DNA from: Crocinitomicaceae bacterium
GTDB taxonomy: Bacteria > Bacteroidota > Bacteroidia > Flavobacteriales_D > Crocinitomicaceae
Assembly (NCBI GenBank): GCA_040880585.1
Contig: JBBDID010000061.1
Location: 95-64,094 of the forward strand
Direction of reading: 5' to 3'
Length of the DNA stretch: 64,000 nt
Of the stretch, positions 53,803-61,987 are shown piece by piece. The position numbers and the translations under genes were made by a program. How positions within the stretch are numbered: position 1 is the first letter of the stretch; each line of letters opens with the position of its first letter. The notes under the pieces were generated by a model, which did not search any database, had not been told where the DNA came from, and saw only the letters and a list, made by a program, of their open reading frames with translations.

Positions 53803-54531
53803 ATGAAAAAGATCCTTACGATAATATTATATGTTTTGCCCGCAGTGGCTTTCAGTCAGGAATTTGCTGAATTTAGTCTGGATAGTTCATTGGGGTGGAA
53901 TTTTTCCAGGCAAGAGAAACAGGAATTACCGGATTACATATTAGACCAGATGTGGATTATAAATGGGAATAAACTAACGTACGATTCAGAAAGAATCAGA
54001 GTTGAAGTTGATCCCAACCGTTTTGACACCTTACTGTACAAAGGCCGCGGAAGACAAGAATTTGACACAATCATTTGTAATATTACAGAAGCGGGGAAAT
54101 ATCAGTTTGTGTACAATGAATGTTGCGGTGCTTTTAATGTTCAGGATGAAGCCTCAGGTAAATTTATTCAAGGAAAGGTGATTTACAAAATTGCCTCTGA
54201 AACGCAAGACACATCCAAACAGTATTTGGGAACTCTCGGCGAAACAGCTATAATGGTCAACGGAAATCATAACGATACATTGGAAGTTGAATGTCGAAGT
54301 GCAATGAGTCCAAATGTTTACCATCTAACATTTAGACAAATAGAAAATTGCAACGATACGCTGGACTGCGACGGATACACTTGCTTACATCTGGACGATA
54401 CGAGCGAGCCTATCTGGGAGTTTGCCTTCAAAACAGTGTCTAAGAAAATGGATTTTTTGTATATGCCCTTAAGTTCAAAACCATTAATAATTATCTATGA
54501 TCCAGCCTTCGACAAAATAATACTAAAATAA
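53803..54531 (+). CDS. Hypothetical secreted protein
   Basis: 242 aa with a signal peptide (ILYVLPAVAFSQ) and several Cys residues. No motif recognised. Confidence 0.55.
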   Translation: MKKILTIILYVLPAVAFSQEFAEFSLDSSLGWNFSRQEKQELPDYILDQMWIINGNKLTYDSERIRVEVDPNRFDTLLYKGRGRQEFDTIICNITEAGKYQFVYNECCGAFNVQDEASGKFIQGKVIYKIASETQDTSKQYLGTLGETAIMVNGNHNDTLEVECRSAMSPNVYHLTFRQIENCNDTLDCDGYTCLHLDDTSEPIWEFAFKTVSKKMDFLYMPLSSKPLIIIYDPAFDKIILK

Positions 54532-54668
54532 CGTTGAGGCAGTAGCTACAAGCACTGGCTGCGCTTCCTTGAAAACATCAATCGGGATGTATTCCGTCAT
54601 GCGTTATAGTTTCCCGAATAAGTTTCACAACGCTTCGCTGTTCAACTAAATCGGGACAGGCTGTTCTC

Positions 54669-57600
54669 CTAAAGTCGGACTCCTATGATACAAACGTCAT
54701 CTACCTGTTCATAATTTCCTTTCCATTCTTGGAATATTTCTATTAATTTATCGTGCTGTTCTTGCATGGGTAAATGTGAAATGGAAAGCAAAAATTCCCT
54801 TAATCTTTTCACCATAAATTTTTTGCCTTTTTCGCCGCCAAATTGGTCTTGGAAACCATCTGTGAGGGTATAAATCACATCTTCTTTTTGAATGTCATGC
54901 TCTGCTAGGGTAAAAGGTTCTTGGTCTCTATCATGTTTGCCAATGGGCATTTTATCAGGTTGGAATTGGATGACTTCATTGTTTCTTACCAGCCAAACAG
55001 GGTTGTTGGCTGTAGCAAACTCAATTTTATTATTATTAAAATCAAAACTCACAATACTGGCATCCATACCATCTTTTCCGCCTTCTGGACTGCCGTCATT
55101 TTTGAGATATTCAATAACCAACCTTCTTGTTTCATTAAATATTTCATTGGGTGCTACTAAACCTTTGGTTATTGATTCTTTTAGACAGGCAATATTAGCA
55201 ATACTCATAATAGCACCCGGCACGCCATGACCGGTACTGTCTGCGTTTACAATCGCAAAATTGCCATTGTTGAGTTGGGAAGCCCAATAGAAATCTCCAC
55301 TTACGACATCTTTGGGTTGGAAGAAAACGAAGTACTCTTTTAAGTTTTGATCAAGTATTTCTTTGGTAGCTAGGAAACTGCGTTGAATACGTTCTGCGTA
55401 ATTGATAGAATCCGTAATTTCTTTGTGGACTTCTTCTATGTGTTCTTTTTGTTGAACCACTTCAGCGGTTCGTTCTTCTACAGTTTTTTCGAGTTCTTCT
55501 TGTCTTTTTCTTAAAGATGATGTTCGCCAACGAAACAGAGTGAGAAGGAGAGTGAGAGCGAGGAGCGCATAAAATGCGCGAGCCCACCAAGTATGCCACC
55601 ACGGAGGATGAATGGTAAACGTATATTCAAAAGGCTCGCTCCATTCTCCGCTTTCGCCTATGGCACGGATTTTAAAGGTATAGGCTCCAAAAGGAAGATT
55701 ACGGTATTCTGCTTTGGGTTCTTTGGTAGGTTGACTCCAAGTTTTGTCTAAGCCTTCCAATAAGTAACTGTAATGTATTTTATGCGGTGCTGCCCAATCT
55801 ATGGCAACAAAATGGAAAGTGAGATGGTTTTTATGGTATGGTAGTTCTAAATTTAACGGGTAATTTTCAAATTTTCGCACCCCATTAAAGCTGATATCAT
55901 TACCCAAACTATCGGTTATGTTGTAGTAATCTATAAATTGTTCGTTAATGTCTATTTGGTTTAAATAAACTCTAGGGGGATTTTGAGCCAATTTAAAATT
56001 GTTTAAATCCAACATAGTAAGCCCTTTTCCACTACCCCACCAAGCTTTATTTTCACTGTCTATAAAAGCACTATTGCCGTTAAAATCTAAACCTAATAAC
56101 CCATCTTGACTAGTAAACGAAACAATTGAAGTATTACCTTTTATATTTTTATCATGGGGTATTAGGTTAAGCCCTCTGTCAGTACCTATCCATATATTTC
56201 CATTTTGATCTTCAAGAATAGAGGTGACAATATTATTATTCAATCCTTCTTTTTCTGTAAAACATCTAAAGGTTTTTCCATCAAACATATTTACACCACC
56301 CCATGTACCAAACCAAAGGTTTCCACTTTTATCTTCTAAAATTGATACTACTTTATTGTTACTCAATCCTTCTTTTTCAGTGAAATGTGTAAACGATTCC
56401 CCATCATACTTACTTACTCCTCCACCCCAAGTTCCGAACCAAAGATTTGCTTTTTTATCTTCATAGATAGCCCATATAGCGTTATTACTTAATCCTTCTT
56501 TTTGGGTGAAACGTCCAAAGGTTTGAGAAGTGGCTTGTTTATGTTTTTCAAGGTCTTCTCGAACTCCCATATCATGTTTACAATTTCCTTCGCGGCAGGG
56601 GTTGGTCGTTTCTCCATCAAACATACTTACCCCTGTACCCCAAGCACCGAATCCAAACCACAAATTTCCATTTTCATCTTTCAAGCTAGTTACAATAGAG
56701 TTACTGCTCAATCCTACATCATCAGTATAATGTGTAAAGGTTTTTTCGTTATAGACATTCGCTCCACCACCACTTGTACCAAAACAAATACTCTTATTTT
56801 TATCTTCCAAAATAGACCATACAGAATTATTGCTCAAACCGTCTTTTTCAGTTAAATGTGTAATAGTTTTCCCATTATACATATTTACTCCACCTCCATC
56901 TGTCCCAATCCAGAGGTTTCCTTTTTCATCTTCGGAAATAGAATAGACAGAATTATAACTTAGTCCTTCACTTTGGGTAAAATGCATGAAGGTTTCCTTT
57001 TTGTATATATTAACTCCTCCTCCCCATGTCCCAAACCAAAGGTTTCCGCTATTATCTTCTATGATCGATAAAATGGTATTATTACTCAAACCTTCTTTTT
57101 CCGTGTAATGTGTAAAGGATTGAGAAGTGGCTTGTTTATGTTTTTCAAGGTCTTCTCGAACTCCCATATCATGTTTGCAATTTCCTTCACGACAAGAGTT
57201 GGTCGTTTCTCCATTATACATATTCACCCCTCCACCTCTTGTACAAAACCATAGTTTCCCTTTCTTATCCTCCAAAACAGACCACACATCATTATTACTA
57301 AGTCCTTCTTTTTCTGTAAAATATGTAAAGGAATCTCCATCATACATACTTACACCTTCGCCACCAGAACAAAACCAAAAGCTTCCATTTTTATCTTCAA
57401 GAATGGAGGTGACGTTATTGTTAATCAATCCATCTTTTTCGGTAAAATGTGTAAAGGAATCCCCATCATACTTAGTTACTCCGCCACCCCAAGTGCCGAA
57501 CCACAGATTACCCTTTTTATCTTCATAGATGGAAAAAACGGCATTATTACTCAGTCCTTCTTTTTCGGTGTAATGTGTAAAGAAATTTCCATCATACTTA

Positions 57601-58514
57601 CTTACACCTCCGCCCCATGTACCAAACCAAATATTTTCGTTTTGATCCTCCAAAATAGACCAAACGGCATTATTGCTCATACCTTCATCTTCAGTAAAAT
57701 GCATGAATGTTTCCCCGTTATACATACTCACTCCTCCACTCCAAGTACCAAACCATAGGTTGCCATTTCGATCTTCACAGATAGACATAACTACTTTATC
57801 AGACATCCCCTCTTTGTCAGTAAAATGTCTAAAGGTTTTTCCATTGTAACAACTAACACCACCTCCTCTAGTAGCGAACCAAATGTTCCCATTTCGGTCT
57901 TCCAAAATAGAATACACATAAGAAGAATTCATACCTTGATTTACATCTAAGTAATGAAAATTAGCAATAGCAAACTCTTTTTTGGTTGGTTGAAGAGCAT
58001 TAGTAAGATGTGGTTGTTTAAATTTTACTTTCTTACCTTTTGCGGGAATAGGCACTCCGGTTTTTATTGTATCGGCAGTGCTGTTAACCAAATAATGTGT
58101 GGTGTCGTTTTCATCAATTTCCGGTACCGGAATTACAGTCAGCGAATCTTTATTTACCGGAATTACGGTGAGATCGTCCGGGATTTTATGTCGGTTGGGG
58201 TGGGCATTGTGTTTTTCCAAGTTTTCTATGGGAGGGGCTTTCACAACTTTGGGTTTGGCTACGCTGTCGGGATGGATGATTTTGGGTATTGCCGGGATCG
58301 GCACTCCGGTAATAAGCGTATCGCCGTTTTCTAAAATAATGGGTTGTATGGTATCGCCTGTTACTACATTGGTGGTATAGCCGCTATCTTTGTTGAGTTC
58401 TATCGCTTGGGGTTGAGGGAATAAGGGTGGTGGTGTAGTTTCGTTTTTCTTATTACCTGTGCAGGCCGTAACGAGAAGGATGGGCAAGAGGTGTTTTAGG
58501 GTTGATTTACTCAT
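54669..58514 (-). CDS. Lipoprotein-anchored beta-propeller sensor - TM - PP2C/SpoIIE phosphatase (paralogue of 17813-21394)
   Basis: Same architecture as the 1193-aa paralogue: about 42-aa blades, a Y_Y_Y-like region (YSYLLEGLDKTW), a TM segment, and GDFYW...DSTGHGVPGA...LTDGFQDQ. The probable start is MSKSTLKHLLPILLVTAC at 58514, although the ORF is open to 58538. Confidence 0.8.
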   Translation of the reverse strand: MSKSTLKHLLPILLVTACTGNKKNETTPPPLFPQPQAIELNKDSGYTTNVVTGDTIQPIILENGDTLITGVPIPAIPKIIHPDSVAKPKVVKAPPIENLEKHNAHPNRHKIPDDLTVIPVNKDSLTVIPVPEIDENDTTHYLVNSTADTIKTGVPIPAKGKKVKFKQPHLTNALQPTKKEFAIANFHYLDVNQGMNSSYVYSILEDRNGNIWFATRGGGVSCYNGKTFRHFTDKEGMSDKVVMSICEDRNGNLWFGTWSGGVSMYNGETFMHFTEDEGMSNNAVWSILEDQNENIWFGTWGGGVSKYDGNFFTHYTEKEGLSNNAVFSIYEDKKGNLWFGTWGGGVTKYDGDSFTHFTEKDGLINNNVTSILEDKNGSFWFCSGGEGVSMYDGDSFTYFTEKEGLSNNDVWSVLEDKKGKLWFCTRGGGVNMYNGETTNSCREGNCKHDMGVREDLEKHKQATSQSFTHYTEKEGLSNNTILSIIEDNSGNLWFGTWGGGVNIYKKETFMHFTQSEGLSYNSVYSISEDEKGNLWIGTDGGGVNMYNGKTITHLTEKDGLSNNSVWSILEDKNKSICFGTSGGGANVYNEKTFTHYTDDVGLSSNSIVTSLKDENGNLWFGFGAWGTGVSMFDGETTNPCREGNCKHDMGVREDLEKHKQATSQTFGRFTQKEGLSNNAIWAIYEDKKANLWFGTWGGGVSKYDGESFTHFTEKEGLSNNKVVSILEDKSGNLWFGTWGGVNMFDGKTFRCFTEKEGLNNNIVTSILEDQNGNIWIGTDRGLNLIPHDKNIKGNTSIVSFTSQDGLLGLDFNGNSAFIDSENKAWWGSGKGLTMLDLNNFKLAQNPPRVYLNQIDINEQFIDYYNITDSLGNDISFNGVRKFENYPLNLELPYHKNHLTFHFVAIDWAAPHKIHYSYLLEGLDKTWSQPTKEPKAEYRNLPFGAYTFKIRAIGESGEWSEPFEYTFTIHPPWWHTWWARAFYALLALTLLLTLFRWRTSSLRKRQEELEKTVEERTAEVVQQKEHIEEVHKEITDSINYAERIQRSFLATKEILDQNLKEYFVFFQPKDVVSGDFYWASQLNNGNFAIVNADSTGHGVPGAIMSIANIACLKESITKGLVAPNEIFNETRRLVIEYLKNDGSPEGGKDGMDASIVSFDFNNNKIEFATANNPVWLVRNNEVIQFQPDKMPIGKHDRDQEPFTLAEHDIQKEDVIYTLTDGFQDQFGGEKGKKFMVKRLREFLLSISHLPMQEQHDKLIEIFQEWKGNYEQVDDVCIIGVRL
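56517..56625 (-). repeat. Intragenic cassette copy A (encodes TTNPCREGNCKHDMGVREDLEKHKQATSQT)
   Basis: Near-identical to 57114-57222, with a run of 57 identical nt. Over the 90-nt core, about 84/90 positions match by eye. Confidence 0.9.
57114..57222 (-). repeat. Intragenic cassette copy B (encodes TTNSCREGNCKHDMGVREDLEKHKQATSQS)
   Basis: Offset of exactly 597 nt (199 codons) from copy A. The flanking blade DNA is far more diverged. Confidence 0.9.
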
Positions 58515-58595
58515 TGCTTCATAGCTTTTAGCTGTCAATATGATTAATAAATTGTTTTAAACCAACTACGTGTACAATTTGTTTTGACAAGCTCA

Positions 58596-59591
58596 TTAAA
58601 AAACGGCAAAAGAGGCATCTAACAAAGCTTCTTCTTTAGCATGTTTTATCGCCACATTAAAACCTTTTCGAATGGCGTATGAACCGTGTTCTCCCAATTT
58701 ATTTAAGGCGATAAAACCAACCTGAATATTTTCAAGATTCTTTTCAGTTTTTACGATTCGTTGAACGACTTCTTCACACGCTTTTTGAGGAGATTTCCCA
58801 TGTCGCATGAGTTCTACAATCATAGCACTTCCCGCCACACGCATCACCGATTCCCCCACTCCCGTGGCACAGGCAGCACCAACTTCATTATCTACAAATA
58901 AGCCAGCACCGATAATCGGAGAATCCCCTACACGGCCATGCATTTTAAAAGCCATTCCACTGGTTGTACAGGCTCCGGATAAATTCCCTGCCTGATCTAT
59001 CCCTAACATGCCAATTGTATCGTGATTCTCCCGGTTTACTTCAGGTTGATACTTACCTTCTTTCAGCCATTTCTGCCATCTTTTTTTGGATTTTTCTGTC
59101 AAAAGGTCTTTTGACTTGAAACCTTGCTCCAATGCAAAACGATAGGCTCCTTTGCCTACCAGCATGACATGGGGTGTTGCTTCCATTACTTTTCGTGCCA
59201 CTGAAATGGGATTTTCTATGCCTTGCAAAAAAGCAACCGATCCGCACTGATTTTTATGATCCATAATACAGGCATCAAGGGTAACATGGCCATCTCTATC
59301 CGGTAATCCACCAATGCCAACACTATTGTTTTCAGGGTCTGATTCTGTGATTCGCACACCTTGTTCTACCGCATCCAAAGCACTCCCGCCGGAACTCAAT
59401 ATTTTCCAGGCTGCTGTATTTGCGGCTAAGCCATGTTGCCAGGTTGAAATCACAAGGGGTCGGATGGGTGTTATTACTGGGTTGATTTCGTTAGTAAGAG
59501 TGGTATCATCAGCTCCTGAGCAGCTTGTTGCAGTCAGTAAACCTGCACTGCCAATCGCCGAAATTTTTATGAATTCTCTTCTGTTTTTCAT
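58596..59591 (-). CDS. N4-(beta-N-acetylglucosaminyl)-L-asparaginase (glycosylasparaginase, Ntn hydrolase)
   Basis: Tat-like signal MKNRREFIKISAIGSAGLL and an autoprocessing/nucleophile motif HDTIGMLG. GAGLFVD and ATGVGE motifs are as in flavobacterial glycosylasparaginase. The ORF is open to 59612. Confidence 0.8.
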   Translation of the reverse strand: MKNRREFIKISAIGSAGLLTATSCSGADDTTLTNEINPVITPIRPLVISTWQHGLAANTAAWKILSSGGSALDAVEQGVRITESDPENNSVGIGGLPDRDGHVTLDACIMDHKNQCGSVAFLQGIENPISVARKVMEATPHVMLVGKGAYRFALEQGFKSKDLLTEKSKKRWQKWLKEGKYQPEVNRENHDTIGMLGIDQAGNLSGACTTSGMAFKMHGRVGDSPIIGAGLFVDNEVGAACATGVGESVMRVAGSAMIVELMRHGKSPQKACEEVVQRIVKTEKNLENIQVGFIALNKLGEHGSYAIRKGFNVAIKHAKEEALLDASFAVF

Positions 59592-59613
59592 CCCAAATGT
59601 AAACAGTGCCACA

Positions 59614-60399
59614 CTAGTCCTCTGAATAAGGGAATTTCAAATGACGAACCGATTTTCCTTTATTTTTAATTTCTTCGAGTGATGATACCCCAATCTGAAT
59701 GTGTTGTTTGACAAAATTTGAGGACACTTTTTTATCACTTTCAGAAGTCTTAACCCCTTCAGGAATCATGGGTTGGTCAGAGACAAGAAGTAGAGCACCT
59801 ACAGGGATTTTGTTATGAAAACCCGTAGTGAAAAGCGTTGCAGTTTCCATATCAATAGCCATTGCTCGTATTCGTCTCAAGTAAGTTTTAAATTCACCGT
59901 CATGTTCCCAAACCCGCCTGTTAGTAGTGTAGACGGTTCCGGTCCAATAGTCCATGTTAAATTCTCTTATGGATGAAGAAACAGCCCGTTGCAATGTAAA
60001 GGCAGGTAGGGCAGGAACTTCGGGTGGGAAATAATCATTGGAAGTACCTTCTCCTCGTATGGCTGCAATGGGCAAAATCAAATCTCCAATTGCTGTTTTC
60101 TTTTTTAATCCCCCACATTTCCCTAAAAACAAACAGGCTTTGGGTTGAATTGCACTCAAAAGATCCATAATGGTTGCAGCATTGGCACTGCCCATGGTAA
60201 AATTGATCATAGTGATGCCATTGGCTGTTGCTGTTGGCATAGAGTTTTCGCTGCCTTTGATCTCGGCACTGTACAATTCAGAGAATATCTTTAAATATCC
60301 GCCAAAATTTGTCAAGAGGATGTACTGTCCAAATTCTTTAAGGGGAGTCCCCGTGTACCTCACCAACCAATCTTTAACTATTTCTTCTTTTGTCTTCAT
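59614..60399 (-). CDS. Short AMP nucleosidase-like / PNP_UDP_1 family nucleosidase
   Basis: 261 aa. LFLGKCGG, IRGEGTS and IDMETATL motifs of the nucleoside phosphorylase-I fold, with a size matching short AMP nucleosidases. Confidence 0.6.
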   Translation of the reverse strand: MKTKEEIVKDWLVRYTGTPLKEFGQYILLTNFGGYLKIFSELYSAEIKGSENSMPTATANGITMINFTMGSANAATIMDLLSAIQPKACLFLGKCGGLKKKTAIGDLILPIAAIRGEGTSNDYFPPEVPALPAFTLQRAVSSSIREFNMDYWTGTVYTTNRRVWEHDGEFKTYLRRIRAMAIDMETATLFTTGFHNKIPVGALLLVSDQPMIPEGVKTSESDKKVSSNFVKQHIQIGVSSLEEIKNKGKSVRHLKFPYSED

Positions 60400-60437
60400 A
60401 CAGCTAACAATATAAATGTTATGAGTTTTAGGAAATT

Positions 60438-60836
60438 TTACTCTTTATCTTTGGTACTTTGAGTCGTTGATGTGCTGTCTTTTGTACAAGATTTCATTAC
60501 ACATTTATCGCAGCATTTTTTCTCTTTTGTACAGCATTTCTCTCCCTTTTCACAGCTTTTTATACACTTTTCACAGCATTTATCACATTTTTCCTTGGTA
60601 CAATTTTTATCGGCTGAATCGGCACATGACTTTTTACATGATTTATCACACGATTTTTTACACTTTTTATCGCATTTTTTTTGGTTTTTGCAGTTGAGGG
60701 TATCACAGCTTTTATCTGAAGTAGAATCTAGCTCTGTCTGCTCATCTGAAGTAGTGGTTTCAGTATCTCCATCACCTTGGCAGCTTAAAAGAAAGAGAGA
60801 AAAAAGAGGAGCGAATAAAAAGATGGATAGTTTCAT
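60438..60836 (-). CDS. Exported Cys/Lys-rich (metallothionein-like composition) lipoprotein
   Basis: Signal peptide and lipobox MKLSIFLFAPLFSLFLLSC, then an acidic/Thr linker. An 80-residue block follows with 19 Cys and 25 Lys (my count), mostly spaced C-x3-C or as CC. The ORF is open to 60866. Confidence 0.65.
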   Translation of the reverse strand: MKLSIFLFAPLFSLFLLSCQGDGDTETTTSDEQTELDSTSDKSCDTLNCKNQKKCDKKCKKSCDKSCKKSCADSADKNCTKEKCDKCCEKCIKSCEKGEKCCTKEKKCCDKCVMKSCTKDSTSTTQSTKDKE

Positions 60837-60925
60837 GGATTCTTGTAGTTTAATTTGTTGGAACAAATTTACTCATTTTTACTGAAACACTTTCAACTGA
60901 CTTTTCTTAACTTCACCCCTTGGTT

Positions 60926-61987
60926 ATGGAAAACATGCGATTTCATCCGGCAATGAACCTGCTTTTAGTAGGCTTGGTACTTTTAGGGGTGTATTTGGGA
61001 CAAAATATATTGATTCCTCTTGTGTTGGGAATGGTAGTGTGGTACCTGATTAACGCCATTGGAAGTCAATTTGGAAAGATTCAATTGATGGGGAAAAAAA
61101 TCCCAAACGTCCTTCGTATTTCCCTCTCTGTATTGCTCGTTTTTTCGTTCTTTTGGTTTATTGGAAGAATGGTAATCTCCAATCTGGAGGAATTTAAAGA
61201 AGTAGCTCCGGAGTACAACCGCAGAATTTTGGATTATTCTCAGGCATTGAGCGAAAAGTTAAACATTCCCACTTTTGAGACCATTAGCAGAGAAATTGAT
61301 CTTGGAAAAATAGCAGGAACGATTTTAAATTCTTCCCTGGGGTTTTTGACTACATTTTTTGTTGTTGTTTTTTATGTTATTTTTTTGATGTTGGAACAGC
61401 AGATTTTCATGACAAAACTGAACCTGATATTTACCGATAAACGAAAAAAATTGCAATTTTTTCAAATCATTGAACGAATCGATACCTCTGTGAAGTCTTA
61501 TGTTTTTGTGAAAACGCTTATTTCATTTTTGGTGTCTGTATGTGCTTACATTGTGCTGCTTTCTTTTGGAGTAGATTTTGCCATATTGTGGGCTTTTCTT
61601 ACATTTTTACTGAATTATATTCCTTTTGTAGGATCTTTTATTGCGATTATTTTGCCCACTTTCCTTTCTATGCTTCAGTTTGGCGATCCTTTGATCTCAG
61701 GAGTTTTATTTTTAATCTTAATGGGGATTCAGGTTTTGATGGGTAACTTTATAGAACCCAAAATGGTTGGAAAATCACTGAATTTAAGTCCGTTGGTAGT
61801 GGTGCTGGCCCTGGCTTTTTGGGGAGCACTTTGGGGAATAGCCGGAATGTTTTTGTGTGTACCGATAACCGTAGCCTTAATGATTATACTCAGTCAATTT
61901 CAATCTACACGATCTGTGGCGATATTGTTATCAGCAGGAAATGATCCCAGTGCCTACAAACGCCCTAAAAATGTCGGTTCAAAATAG
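60926..61987 (+). CDS. AI-2E family transporter (PerM/UPF0118)
   Basis: About 8 TM helices with LNYIPFVGSFIA and FWGALWGIAGMFLCVPIT motifs typical of the family. Confidence 0.8.
   Translation: MENMRFHPAMNLLLVGLVLLGVYLGQNILIPLVLGMVVWYLINAIGSQFGKIQLMGKKIPNVLRISLSVLLVFSFFWFIGRMVISNLEEFKEVAPEYNRRILDYSQALSEKLNIPTFETISREIDLGKIAGTILNSSLGFLTTFFVVVFYVIFLMLEQQIFMTKLNLIFTDKRKKLQFFQIIERIDTSVKSYVFVKTLISFLVSVCAYIVLLSFGVDFAILWAFLTFLLNYIPFVGSFIAIILPTFLSMLQFGDPLISGVLFLILMGIQVLMGNFIEPKMVGKSLNLSPLVVVLALAFWGALWGIAGMFLCVPITVALMIILSQFQSTRSVAILLSAGNDPSAYKRPKNVGSK

Noticed and set aside
54532-54668. Three copies of TCGGGA/TCCCGA in the convergent spacer as a regulatory array
   Set aside because: Hexamers at irregular spacing in a 3'/3' spacer are more simply explained as weak terminator stems or chance.
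56517-57222. Diversity-generating retroelement (template/variable repeat pair)
   Set aside because: No reverse transcriptase is present anywhere in the window. The six mismatches I see are one T/A transversion and five A/G transitions (C/T on the coding strand), not substitutions confined to template adenines. Both copies are in-frame parts of the same gene.
60467-60885. Plus-strand ORFs (76 and 137 aa, His/Phe/Ser/Leu-rich) antisense to the Cys-rich gene
   Set aside because: They are the mirror image of a low-complexity Lys/Cys coding sequence (AAA/TGT read backwards). They have no signal or other motif, whereas the minus-strand frame has a textbook lipoprotein signal peptide.
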